Positions 51,513-60,846 of a stretch of 64,000 nt of DNA are shown here, in pieces. How positions within the stretch are numbered: position 1 is the stretch's first letter; each line of letters begins with the position of its first letter. Source of the stretch: Bacteroidota bacterium (GTDB taxonomy: Bacteria > Bacteroidota > Bacteroidia > NS11-12g > UBA9320); assembly GCA_018700895.1 (NCBI GenBank), contig JABIUV010000014.1, forward strand, positions 49,086 to 113,085, given 5' to 3'. Made by a program: the position numbers and the translations under genes. The notes beneath the pieces are model-generated. The model worked only from the letters and a program-made list of their open reading frames with translations, was not told the DNA's origin and searched no databases.

Positions 51513-52503
51513 TGTTAACCATTATGTCTTCTAGTCGGAGAGCTATATTGTTATACCTACGGATAGGATATATCAAGTAGTAATAGGATATAACACCCAA
51601 GGTGCCAAATATGATGAGTAGTGATCCCCCAAAAGGCATCTCGTTGTAATACTGTGTCACAAATCCCTCGAGCAATCCAGCAGCTATGGTAAATGGGATA
51701 GTACTCATTACTATCATAAGCGACTCTTTACCTGTAAGTAAAAAGGCCTGCTTGCGACTCAATGTGCCGGGAAATAGCCAGCCTAATCCTAGTAGCAAAC
51801 CTGCAGAGGCTTCTATCACCATGCCAAATATCTCCATGGCTCCGTGTATCCATATCGCACTCATACTTTCGGTAAACACCCCTTCTTTGTAAAACATAGT
51901 AAGAAATGAACCCAGCATAATGCAATTGCTAAAGAGTATTTTGATGGTGCCTATGCCTAGGGTAATGCCCGAGATGTACATCAGTAGTCCTACGCGTATA
52001 TTGTTAATCGTGATTCCAAGAAAACTGCCTATGTCCCCGTAAGACGTACCATTGTTATATACAGCCGCTGGGTCGCCATTGCTTATATTATCCAGCGTAC
52101 TATCTACATAGTGGTCGCCAAGTATGGAGCGAATGAAGCTCTCGTCGTACAAGGCAGAAAGCACCCCTATACTCAGCATAATGAAAAACACACTGAAGGT
52201 AGCCCAGAGCAGTTTGCGGTATTTGTAGGTGATAATGGCCACATCCGTAGTCCAAAAATCGATGATAGAGCCGTAGGTGGTTTTGGGTTTTACTACTTTG
52301 AGGTACGCATTACTGGCTAGAGCGTTGAGGTATACATTTACCTTACTCTTGGGGTAATAGGTTTGTGCGTAGGCTAAGTCATTATTAAGTTGTACAAACA
52401 AATCGGCCAGTCTATCGGGCTGAACCTGCTTGTTATAATAAAGATAATTTTCAAACTCCAGCCAATTCGCTTTATTTTGTTTTATGAATGAAACTTCTCT
52501 CAA
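51499..52503 (-). CDS. Stage II sporulation protein M (SpoIIM/DUF95) family membrane protein
   Basis: DLAYAQTYYP, NNIRV, IWIHGAMEI, AGLLEGFVT. Confidence 0.88.
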   Translation of the reverse strand: MREVSFIKQNKANWLEFENYLYYNKQVQPDRLADLFVQLNNDLAYAQTYYPKSKVNVYLNALASNAYLKVVKPKTTYGSIIDFWTTDVAIITYKYRKLLWATFSVFFIMLSIGVLSALYDESFIRSILGDHYVDSTLDNISNGDPAAVYNNGTSYGDIGSFLGITINNIRVGLLMYISGITLGIGTIKILFSNCIMLGSFLTMFYKEGVFTESMSAIWIHGAMEIFGMVIEASAGLLLGLGWLFPGTLSRKQAFLLTGKESLMIVMSTIPFTIAAGLLEGFVTQYYNEMPFGGSLLIIFGTLGVISYYYLIYPIRRYNNIALRLEDIMVNNEEV

Positions 52504-52523
52504 ACGTTTAACGTAATCTTATA

Positions 52524-53324
52524 GTGGCAAATCTAAACGTAAAAACAACTTTTAACACCATACTATCCTTGCAAAGTGAAACTTTAGGAAAACGGATACT
52601 TGCCTTTGTGATTGATTCTATCATCATTATCGTGTATTACGTGGGTGTGTGGTGGTTTCTCTCGCTGTTCAATATTGATTTTGAGCGGGCATTTGGAGAT
52701 GATTATGACCGCGTAGTGTGGGGTTGGGTGTCTATTATCAGTTTGCCCGTATTGTTTTATTCGCTTATCAGCGAAACGCTAAGCGGCGGCTACACCATGG
52801 GTAAGTACCTTGCCAATATCAAGGTGGTGAAGATAGATGGTTTTCAGCCCGGGTTTGTGGAGTTTTTTATTCGGTGGATATTCCGAATGGTAGATATTTA
52901 TGCGATGGTGTTACTCGGTATCGTATTTGGGGATGTGATGCTTCGCATATTTTCATTTTATACCATTGGATTAATAGGGCTTATTTGCATAGTGCGTAGT
53001 AGGCGTGGGCAGCGACTGGGTGATATGGTGGCCGGCACATCGGTGATTAAGTCAAAGCTTAAGCAGAGCATAAACATCACGATACTTCGTGAGGTAGGTG
53101 ATAATTATAAACCCAAGTACGCTCAAGTACTCAAGTTGTCAGACAATGATGCACGTATCATCAAAGAAACCTTTGAGAGTGCCCGTAAGATGAGAGATGT
53201 GAAACTCATACGAAAACTGGTGGTGAAACTAGAAACCGTGATGGGCATTAAGAATAAAGACAAGCCCGAGCGATTTATCAATGATGTGCTCAAGGACTTC
53301 AATTACTATACACAGAATATGTAA
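52524..53324 (+). CDS. RDD-family membrane protein
   Basis: RILAFVID, GK..IKVV..DG, QRLGDMVAGTSV. Confidence 0.88.
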   Translation: MANLNVKTTFNTILSLQSETLGKRILAFVIDSIIIIVYYVGVWWFLSLFNIDFERAFGDDYDRVVWGWVSIISLPVLFYSLISETLSGGYTMGKYLANIKVVKIDGFQPGFVEFFIRWIFRMVDIYAMVLLGIVFGDVMLRIFSFYTIGLIGLICIVRSRRGQRLGDMVAGTSVIKSKLKQSINITILREVGDNYKPKYAQVLKLSDNDARIIKETFESARKMRDVKLIRKLVVKLETVMGIKNKDKPERFINDVLKDFNYYTQNM

Positions 53325-53332
53325 GCAGGAGC

Positions 53333-53878
53333 TTACTCTTCGCCTATGAGGTCTATCTCGTTGTCTAATTCGGGATTTAGTGGGTCTGTACCATATTGAT
53401 TACGGCCCAAGGTGCCAGCCTGCACTACTTGTGCCAAGTAGTAAATAGCCATTCCGATAATCACTACTAACACAAAACCAGACCAAATGCGAGAAGCATT
53501 GTACATATAATTGGCTTCAAGCCAAAATTCACTCGGTACAATAATACTCACTAGTTTGAAGATGAGGCCATAACTACCAATGATACCCATCGTTGTAGGC
53601 ACCCATCCGCTTTTGTCCCTATCGTGAAAACGACGCACGCCTACAGCAATTCCCGGAATGGTCAAGATAATAGTGCCAATATCTGTGGCACCAAACAGGT
53701 AGTAATCATAAGACATAGTATCAATGATTACGTCGTCTATTAGACCTAGTACGAAGCTGGTTATTATGCTGAATAACGTATAACCCCAAAACTCAGAGCG
53801 GCTTGCTCTTCCGCTAAATTGGAAGTATTTGGCGGTGATGCATTCCCAAAAGTATTCTGCTAGATTTTTTTGTTTCAT
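53333..53878 (-). CDS. DUF805-family membrane protein
   Basis: FSGRASRSEFW, VRRFHDRDKSGW, NQYG. Confidence 0.88.
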   Translation of the reverse strand: MKQKNLAEYFWECITAKYFQFSGRASRSEFWGYTLFSIITSFVLGLIDDVIIDTMSYDYYLFGATDIGTIILTIPGIAVGVRRFHDRDKSGWVPTTMGIIGSYGLIFKLVSIIVPSEFWLEANYMYNASRIWSGFVLVVIIGMAIYYLAQVVQAGTLGRNQYGTDPLNPELDNEIDLIGEE

Positions 53879-53905
53879 ACGACAATGGATTTAAACAACT
53901 TCAAG

Positions 53906-53937
53906 TAAAAAGCCATCTGTTGTTAGGCAGATGGCTT
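53906..53937 (-). terminator. Intrinsic terminator between the two DUF805 genes
   Basis: aagccatctg-N8-cagatggctt with an A tract on the plus side. Confidence 0.75.
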
Positions 53938-53963
53938 AAGTGTATTTTTAAATTAATGGAAGA

Positions 53964-54365
53964 CTATGCTTCTCCTATCTCGTCCAATTCATTAGCTGGA
54001 TTTTTAGGGTTAGGACCGTACTCATTAGTACCTGCATCGCTATCCGTACAATTAAGCACAAGAAGCCAAATGCCTCCTATTAGTGGAATCAGTCCGATTA
54101 GTAGAAACCAACCACTTTTTCCAACGTCGTGCAATCGTCTTACGGCAACTGCTAAGTTAGGTATGAACATCGCAAGAGCGAATATTCCAGCTATTGCTGC
54201 TAAGCTTTCATCTATCAACGAAAACACAACAGCAGAACCAATATAAAATATTAAGTAAAATAGGATGAAGCCCCAGTACTCTCTACGGCGAGCTCTACCT
54301 TCGAAATTAGCATAATTTTGAGTAACCACTTCTTTGAAGTGTTCGAACAATGATTTTTCTTGCAT
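53964..54365 (-). CDS. DUF805-family membrane protein
   Basis: YANFEGRARRREYW, VRRLHDVGKSGW, NEYGPNPK. Confidence 0.9.
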   Translation of the reverse strand: MQEKSLFEHFKEVVTQNYANFEGRARRREYWGFILFYLIFYIGSAVVFSLIDESLAAIAGIFALAMFIPNLAVAVRRLHDVGKSGWFLLIGLIPLIGGIWLLVLNCTDSDAGTNEYGPNPKNPANELDEIGEA

Positions 54366-54426
54366 TTTTGTTTTTGGTTAAAGTGTTAGGTCCAAATAGA
54401 GCAAAAAAATTTCAAAATTTCAAAAA

Positions 54427-55194
54427 CTATTTTTTCTTAAATGAGTTTATGGCGTTTTTGGTGAAGTCAGAAAGTACCAATTGCCCACTCATAGCAGCAC
54501 GTTCGGCAAGTAAAGTGTCCCAGTCTTCTGTGCCTCGCCAAAACACCTGCTTGAGCAATCGCATAGCTTCAGGATTGCTGTTTTTTAGCTTATTGGCTAA
54601 TGTAGATATAGCGTGGTCCATTTCTTCGGTGGTGTCATATATGTCGGCATATAGTCCTTTGGCTCTTGCCCATTCAGCGGTTTGCCACTCGGTAGCGTCT
54701 ATCGCTAGTTGACTCATAGCAGAGAGTCCCATCTTACGCTCTACTGCTGGTCCTACCACAAAAGGCCCTATGCCTACGGCGAGTTCGCTGAGTTTTACAG
54801 CCGCAAACTTGGTTGCTAGCGTATAGTCGAAGGAGGCTGCGAGTCCTACACCGCCACCTACTGCTTTGCCTTGCACACGGCCTATAATGAGTTTAGGGCA
54901 CTTTCTACAAGCATTGATCACATTGGCAAAACCCGAGAAAAACACCTTACCTACTTCTAAATCATCTATCGCCACCAGCTCATCGAAACTTGCTCCTGCA
55001 CAGAATGCTCGCTCACCTGCACTGCGTACTATGATAACGAGTGCATCATCATTTGTTCCCAGTTCCGTTATGGTATCAGCCAACTTAGCCAATACTTTAC
55101 CAGGTAGGCTATTGCTCAGCGGATGGTGAAATTCTACGCTTGCTATGCCGTTATCTATACTGTATGTTACGTCTCCTTGATCTACTGCGTTCAT
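54427..55194 (-). CDS. Enoyl-CoA hydratase/isomerase (methylglutaconyl-CoA hydratase-like)
   Basis: AFCAGASFDE, GKAVGGGVG, LSELAVGIGP. Confidence 0.88.
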   Translation of the reverse strand: MNAVDQGDVTYSIDNGIASVEFHHPLSNSLPGKVLAKLADTITELGTNDDALVIIVRSAGERAFCAGASFDELVAIDDLEVGKVFFSGFANVINACRKCPKLIIGRVQGKAVGGGVGLAASFDYTLATKFAAVKLSELAVGIGPFVVGPAVERKMGLSAMSQLAIDATEWQTAEWARAKGLYADIYDTTEEMDHAISTLANKLKNSNPEAMRLLKQVFWRGTEDWDTLLAERAAMSGQLVLSDFTKNAINSFKKK

Positions 55195-55216
55195 TGTGGT
55201 GCGAAGATATATTTTT

Positions 55217-55610
55217 AGATGTGAGACTAAAGATATGAAATGTGAGATTTTTAGCTGGTTGCAATCCCAATATTCTTTAACTGCTTAATTTTATCTTCTT
55301 TCTTCAAGGTTCGACTATTACCAAATTTTAATTCAGCATTAAACCACCGTTTTCTGTAATTTTTCCAGTCTTTTTCTGTTGTATGAACTGAATATTCAAA
55401 TTCGATACCACAATCACAGATGCCATAAGATGGGAATCCTCCCTCAAGATATGGCCTGAACTCTTTATGCTTTGCTTTAGTGCCGCAAACGGGAGATAAT
55501 GAATATCCGCCTCAACTAATTGGCATTTTAACAGATGAACCGGATTCTTTGTGAACTACAATCTCATATGTAAAATCAGTCTCAATACTCACTTCTAATA
55601 TCTAAAGTCT
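55217..55610 (-). other. Cassette of inverted 5x7-nt arms enclosing a decayed small Cys-motif ORF (55251-55592)
   Basis: Arms agatgtg-agactaa-agatatg-aaatgtg-agatttt and tcagtct-caatact-cacttct-aatatct-aaagtct; ORF SPVCG..PSYGICDCGIEF..QLKNIGI with one internal TGA. Confidence 0.6.
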
Positions 55611-55613
55611 CCC

Positions 55614-57674
55614 CTACAACTCATCCTCCTGATTCCTTTTCTTCACCATCGTAAGAATGGTAGCAAGTGCCACTGTTTCTCCGGTCTCGTCATATACGTC
55701 TACTAGGAATTTTACGATACCCTTGGCTACATCGTCTTCGGTTTTCTTCTCTTGGTTTATTTTTTCTTTGCACGTAAATCGTACACCAATGGTCGCTCCG
55801 GGATATACCGGCTTTGTAAATCGGCATTCGTCTAGTCCATAGTTGAGCAATACAGGTCCTTTTTTAGCATCTACAAACAGACCCGCAGCCTTACTTAGCA
55901 CAAAATATCCGTGTGCTACACGTCCTTCGAACGTGGTCCCTTCTAGCGAGGTTTCGTCCATATGAGCATAGAAATTATCGCCACTCACATTGGCAAAGTT
56001 TACGATGTCTGTCACTGTGATGGTATGCTTAGCAGTGATTACGGTTTCGCCTACTTCTATATCTTCAAAATATTTTTTAAATGGATGTACGTCTTTCTCT
56101 TTATAAGCTCCGCCGTACTGGTAGCGTTGTGTTATTTCGGTCAGCATACTCGGATGACCTTGCAGTGCGGTACGTTGCAGGTAGTGTTTTACACTTCCTA
56201 TTCCTCCTAGTTCTTCTCCACCTCCAGCTCTTCCTGGTCCGCCGTGCATGAGCTGTGGCATAGGAGACCCGTGGCCCGTACTTTCGGGAGCAGATTCTTC
56301 GTTGAGTACCAATATTCTGCCGTGGTAGGCAGCAGCTTCTACAGCATATTGCGTAGCGATATCTACATCAGAAGTGGCAATGGTACTCACCAGAGATCCT
56401 TTTCCCATTTTAGCCAATTCCACCGCTTGGTCTATGTCAGTGTATGGCATTAGCGTACTTACAGGGCCAAAACATTCTACCTCGTGACTATCCGTATTAT
56501 TCATAGGGTTAGAGTTGAGCATCAGAATAGGAGCAAGGAAAGCTCCCTTGTTTTTGTCGGCACCTATCAGGTCAAAGTTGTCTAAATCTCCGTACACAAT
56601 AGGTGTCTTCTCCGCCATAGCAGCTACTCTATTGCGTACCACATCGAGTTGTGCTCTATTCACGATAGCACCCATGCGTACACCTTCAGCCGCAGGGTCG
56701 CCTACTGTAGTTTGGCTTAAGCTTTTGCTCAAGGCTATTTGCACGTCTTCTAGGTATTTTTCTGGCACCATTATTCTACGTACGGCCGTACATTTTTGTC
56801 CTGCCTTGGTGGTCATTTCGCGGCGTACTTCTTTTATGAAAATATTAAAATCGGCAGTGCCGGGGGCAGCATCTTCTCCGAGTATGGCAGCATTCAGACT
56901 ATCAGCCTCCATATTGAATGGAATCGCATTTTCTATGATGTGCGGCATACTCTTGAGCATACGGCCGGTTTTGGCACTTCCGGTGAAGGTGACTAAGTCT
57001 TGTGAGCCAAGCGAATCTATAATGCCGTGACCCTTACCACAATCTATCTGAATAGCTCCCTCAGGGATAATGCCACTTGCCACGATATCTTCTACCATTG
57101 CTTGGGTAAGGTAGGAGGTAATTTCGGATGGTTTCACGATGGCCGGAACCCCTGCCAGCCAGTTGGCACTGAGTTTTTCGAGCATTCCCCATATCGGGAA
57201 GTTAAAAGCGTTGATATGTACCACTACACCCTGTTTGGGACTCATGATGTGTTGCCCTACAAAAGTGCCGTTGGTGCTTATTTTGGCGGTATCGCCATCT
57301 ACATAAAAGCGTTGATTACCCATTTGTCTACGCAAACTCGCGTAGGTAAAAAGTGTTCCTATTCCGCCATCTATATCTACCCAACTATCGCTCTTGGTAG
57401 CACCAGAGAGGTAACTTATGCTGTAGTATTTCTTCTTAATACTGTCCAGGTGTAGAGCCAGTTTTTTGAGCATATAGCCCCGCTCATAAAACGTCATTGC
57501 ACGAAGTGCTTTGCCACCTACTCTACGAGCATAATCTGCCATTTCCTCGTAGTCCAGCCCTTCGCTACTAGCGGTGCTTATTAGGTTGCCGTTAATGGCG
57601 TTGTATTGTTCAAATCCGTCTCCCTTGTGCTCTTGCCAGCTTCCTGCTGCGTAGTTTTTAAGTTTTGTTGACAT
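55614..57674 (-). CDS. paaZ: Phenylacetate degradation bifunctional protein PaaZ (ALDH + MaoC)
   Basis: HINAFNFP, MEADSLN, KAGQKCTAVRR, HGGPGRAGGGEE, SGDNFYAHMD..AHGY. Confidence 0.93.
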   Translation of the reverse strand: MSTKLKNYAAGSWQEHKGDGFEQYNAINGNLISTASSEGLDYEEMADYARRVGGKALRAMTFYERGYMLKKLALHLDSIKKKYYSISYLSGATKSDSWVDIDGGIGTLFTYASLRRQMGNQRFYVDGDTAKISTNGTFVGQHIMSPKQGVVVHINAFNFPIWGMLEKLSANWLAGVPAIVKPSEITSYLTQAMVEDIVASGIIPEGAIQIDCGKGHGIIDSLGSQDLVTFTGSAKTGRMLKSMPHIIENAIPFNMEADSLNAAILGEDAAPGTADFNIFIKEVRREMTTKAGQKCTAVRRIMVPEKYLEDVQIALSKSLSQTTVGDPAAEGVRMGAIVNRAQLDVVRNRVAAMAEKTPIVYGDLDNFDLIGADKNKGAFLAPILMLNSNPMNNTDSHEVECFGPVSTLMPYTDIDQAVELAKMGKGSLVSTIATSDVDIATQYAVEAAAYHGRILVLNEESAPESTGHGSPMPQLMHGGPGRAGGGEELGGIGSVKHYLQRTALQGHPSMLTEITQRYQYGGAYKEKDVHPFKKYFEDIEVGETVITAKHTITVTDIVNFANVSGDNFYAHMDETSLEGTTFEGRVAHGYFVLSKAAGLFVDAKKGPVLLNYGLDECRFTKPVYPGATIGVRFTCKEKINQEKKTEDDVAKGIVKFLVDVYDETGETVALATILTMVKKRNQEDEL

Positions 57675-57881
57675 GGCTTTTATGTGCTTTGGGCAAATGT
57701 AAGTATAGTTGAGAAAGGGAATGTTGATCCTGTGTCGTTAGAATGAATTTAAACACAATGTGAAATAGAACGGGAACTTCTAGTTTCTGAAGAATTATAT
57801 TGGTGATTACTTCTCTCAAATGGTTTATAAATTTAGGTTTTTACGTAATCCTAAACTTATGATTATTCTTATTCTTGCACA

Positions 57882-58694
57882 ATGTCTTTCAAATTATTAT
57901 GTACCGATATAGATGGCACCTTACTCAACGCAGATCGTGAGTTAGCACCCGAGACCATTGCCGAGTTTAAGCGAATAAAAGATGAATGTGATATCATACT
58001 AGCATCGTCGCGTATGCCTCAGGCAATGACTCACTTGCAGGCAGAAGTAGGCATAAAACAAAGTCCACTTATTGCCTATAATGGCGGTTTGGTGTTAGAC
58101 GGAGATACGATTCTAAGCAGTACGGAAGTTGGATTTAATGAGGTAAAAAAGATCGCAGAATTGAGCATAAATACCGAAATCCATGTGAGCATATATAATA
58201 ATGATGAGTGGTTTGTGCCTGCAATGGATTACTGGGCAAATAGAGAAGCAAACAATACCAAGGTGACTCCTAAGTTACAGTCGCTAGAGGATACACTTGC
58301 ACTATACGAGCAAACCAATAAAGGTGCTCACAAAGTAATGTGTATGGGTCCTGCTGAGGAAATAGCCGTAATGTACGATGAGCTTATTGCTACGCTCAAT
58401 GACGACTTGCACGTGTACAAATCCAAAGATACCTACCTAGAAATTGCTAGTAAAAAGATCTCTAAAAAATCAGCCATTGCGACCTTGCTTGAGCATAAGT
58501 ATAGAAAGCTCAATTGGGGTGATGTTATCGCTTTTGGCGATAATTATAATGATATGGAAATGCTGGAAGCCGCAGGGATGGGTGTAGCCGTGGGCAATGC
58601 CAGAGACGAGGTAAAAGCTGTAGTGAATGATGTAACGGCAACCAATAAGGAACACGGTGTGGCTTTATCCATAATCAAACACTTTTCTAAATAG
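57882..58694 (+). CDS. Cof-type HAD-IIB phosphatase
   Basis: TDIDGTLL, ISK, FGDNYNDMEM. Confidence 0.9.
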   Translation: MSFKLLCTDIDGTLLNADRELAPETIAEFKRIKDECDIILASSRMPQAMTHLQAEVGIKQSPLIAYNGGLVLDGDTILSSTEVGFNEVKKIAELSINTEIHVSIYNNDEWFVPAMDYWANREANNTKVTPKLQSLEDTLALYEQTNKGAHKVMCMGPAEEIAVMYDELIATLNDDLHVYKSKDTYLEIASKKISKKSAIATLLEHKYRKLNWGDVIAFGDNYNDMEMLEAAGMGVAVGNARDEVKAVVNDVTATNKEHGVALSIIKHFSK

Positions 58695-58758
58695 TACAGG
58701 CTCTAACTGACAAGTATCAAATAGAATTAATTTTGTAACATAAATAAAAGTTAACGCA

Positions 58759-59892
58759 ATGAGTAACGAAACATTAGACCTCCCAAAAATATATGATGAA
58801 GCTCAAGATTTTATGCCATTACTAGGTACAGATTACATTGAGTTATACGTAAGTAATAGTAAGCAAGCAGCACATTTTTACAAAACTGCTTTTGGTTTTC
58901 AGGATTTGGCGTATGCCGGACTAGAAACCGGTATTACCGACCGAGAGAGCTACGTGCTGCAGCAGGATAAAATAAGATTAGTACTTACTTCTCCACTGCG
59001 TAGTGGTACAGATATAGGTCTGCATATCGACAAGCATGGCGATGGTGTGAAGGTAGTAGCCCTATGGGTGCCAGATGCTACTAAGGCATATGACGAAGCA
59101 ATAAAACGTGGAGCTAAGCACTATATGGAGCCTACATCAGAAGAAGATTCGGATGGTAAAATTATAAAGTCAGGAATTTACACCTACGGTGAAACGGTGC
59201 ATATTTTCATAGAGCGAAGTGCTTACAATGGCGTGTTTTTACCGGGTTACAAAAAATATGACTCTGCCTACAAACCAACCTCTACCGGGTTGAAATACGT
59301 AGACCACATGGTGGGCAATGTAGAGCTAGGTGAGATGATGACGTGGTGCAATTTTTATAAAGATGTACTAGGGTTTGCTCAGATTGTTTCATTCGATGAT
59401 AAGGATATCTCTACGGATTACACTGCTCTTATGAGTAAGGTGATGAGTAATGGTAATGGAAGGATAAAATTCCCGATAAATGAGCCTGCAGATGGTAAGA
59501 AGAAATCGCAGATAGAAGAGTACCTTGATTTTTATGAAGGTCCGGGTGTGCAGCACATTGCAGTAGCTACGGATGATATTATCAAAACAGTGCGTGAACT
59601 TACAGCCCGTGGTATTGAGTTTTTGCGAGTGCCAGATGTGTACTACGAGATGGTGCTGGATAGGGTAGGAGAGATAGACGAAGATATTGCACCGCTCAGA
59701 GAATTGGGTATCTTGGTAGATAGAGACGATGAAGGGTACTTACTTCAAATATTTACCAAGCCAATAGAACCCCGCCCTACACTTTTCTTCGAAATCATAC
59801 AGCGAAAAGGAGCGACTTCATTTGGTAAAGGTAATTTCAAGGCACTTTTTGAAGCAATAGAAAGAGAGCAAGAGTTAAGAGGCACATTATAA
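58759..59892 (+). CDS. hppD: 4-hydroxyphenylpyruvate dioxygenase
   Basis: DHMVGNV, QIEEYLDFY.GPGVQHIA, LLQIFT, FFEIIQR, FGKGNFKALFEAIE. Confidence 0.96.
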   Translation: MSNETLDLPKIYDEAQDFMPLLGTDYIELYVSNSKQAAHFYKTAFGFQDLAYAGLETGITDRESYVLQQDKIRLVLTSPLRSGTDIGLHIDKHGDGVKVVALWVPDATKAYDEAIKRGAKHYMEPTSEEDSDGKIIKSGIYTYGETVHIFIERSAYNGVFLPGYKKYDSAYKPTSTGLKYVDHMVGNVELGEMMTWCNFYKDVLGFAQIVSFDDKDISTDYTALMSKVMSNGNGRIKFPINEPADGKKKSQIEEYLDFYEGPGVQHIAVATDDIIKTVRELTARGIEFLRVPDVYYEMVLDRVGEIDEDIAPLRELGILVDRDDEGYLLQIFTKPIEPRPTLFFEIIQRKGATSFGKGNFKALFEAIEREQELRGTL

Positions 59893-59922
59893 GAAGTACC
59901 CCGAAATAGAATTAAAAATACG

Positions 59923-59952
59923 AATGGCTGAGAGTTTACTTTCGGCCATTTT
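59923..59952 (+). terminator. Terminator-like hairpin between hppD and mhpD
   Basis: aatggctgagag-ttta-ctttcggccatt followed by a short T run. Confidence 0.55.
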
Positions 59953-59969
59953 ACTTCAATAAAACAGAG

Positions 59970-60743
59970 ATGAAACCAGAAATACAACAAGTAGCAGATG
60001 TACTTTGGGAAGCACATACTACAATGAGCACGGTGCCACCCGTACGAACACTTATATCGGCCGAGGACATAGACGCAGCTTATGCTGCCCAAGAGATTAA
60101 TGTAAAACGCCGGATTGCAAATGGAGAAAAGGTTACGGGTAAAAAAATCGGTCTTACATCCTTTGCGGTAATGGAGCAGTTAGGTGTAGACCAGCCAGAT
60201 TACGGGGTGCTATTTGAGACCATGGAAGTGAGAGATGGTAAATTAGCGTATGCCGATTTGATGCAGCCTAAGGCAGAGGCCGAAATTGCATTTGTGATGG
60301 GTCAAGATTTGGAAGGGGACTTTAATATCACGGACCTTATAGAAGCTATAGACCACGCTCGGGTGAGCATAGAGATAGTAGGTAGTCGCGTAGCCGATTG
60401 GAATATAAAAATCACCGATACTATAGCTGATAATGCAAGTGCCAGTCACTATGTCCTCGGAGAAATACAAATAGATTTAGACGACCAAGATTTAGTAGGC
60501 TGCAAAATGACCTTGACCAAAAATGGCGAAGTCGCATCTACTGGAAGTGGAGCAGCCTGTATGGATAACCCACTAAATGCAGCATTATGGCTTGCACAAA
60601 AAATGGCCGCACAAGGAAATCCTTTGCGAAAAGGAGAAGTGTTGCTTAGCGGTGCTTTGGGACCTATGGTGCTTATCTCGCAAGGGGATAAAATAGAGGC
60701 GAGTATCGACGGATTGGGGTCGGTAAAATTGGAAATTGTGTAG
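59970..60743 (+). CDS. mhpD: 2-keto-4-pentenoate hydratase (FAH family)
   Basis: GKKIGLTS..QLGVDQPDYG, PKAEAEIAF, DTIADNAS, LSGALGPMV. Confidence 0.8.
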   Translation: MKPEIQQVADVLWEAHTTMSTVPPVRTLISAEDIDAAYAAQEINVKRRIANGEKVTGKKIGLTSFAVMEQLGVDQPDYGVLFETMEVRDGKLAYADLMQPKAEAEIAFVMGQDLEGDFNITDLIEAIDHARVSIEIVGSRVADWNIKITDTIADNASASHYVLGEIQIDLDDQDLVGCKMTLTKNGEVASTGSGAACMDNPLNAALWLAQKMAAQGNPLRKGEVLLSGALGPMVLISQGDKIEASIDGLGSVKLEIV

Positions 60744-60846
60744 GAACACGCCTCAAAGGGGTGTTCTTACAACAGAAGATAAAAAATAGAAAAGGAGGAG
60801 CTTAAGCTCGTCACTTATTAACTTAAACCTAATTATAAACTTAGAC

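Noticed and set aside
55512..55514. In-frame TGA as selenocysteine or recoding
   Set aside because: Not within a redox motif; TGA is a normal stop elsewhere in the window; SPVCG (expected CPVCG) points to decay.
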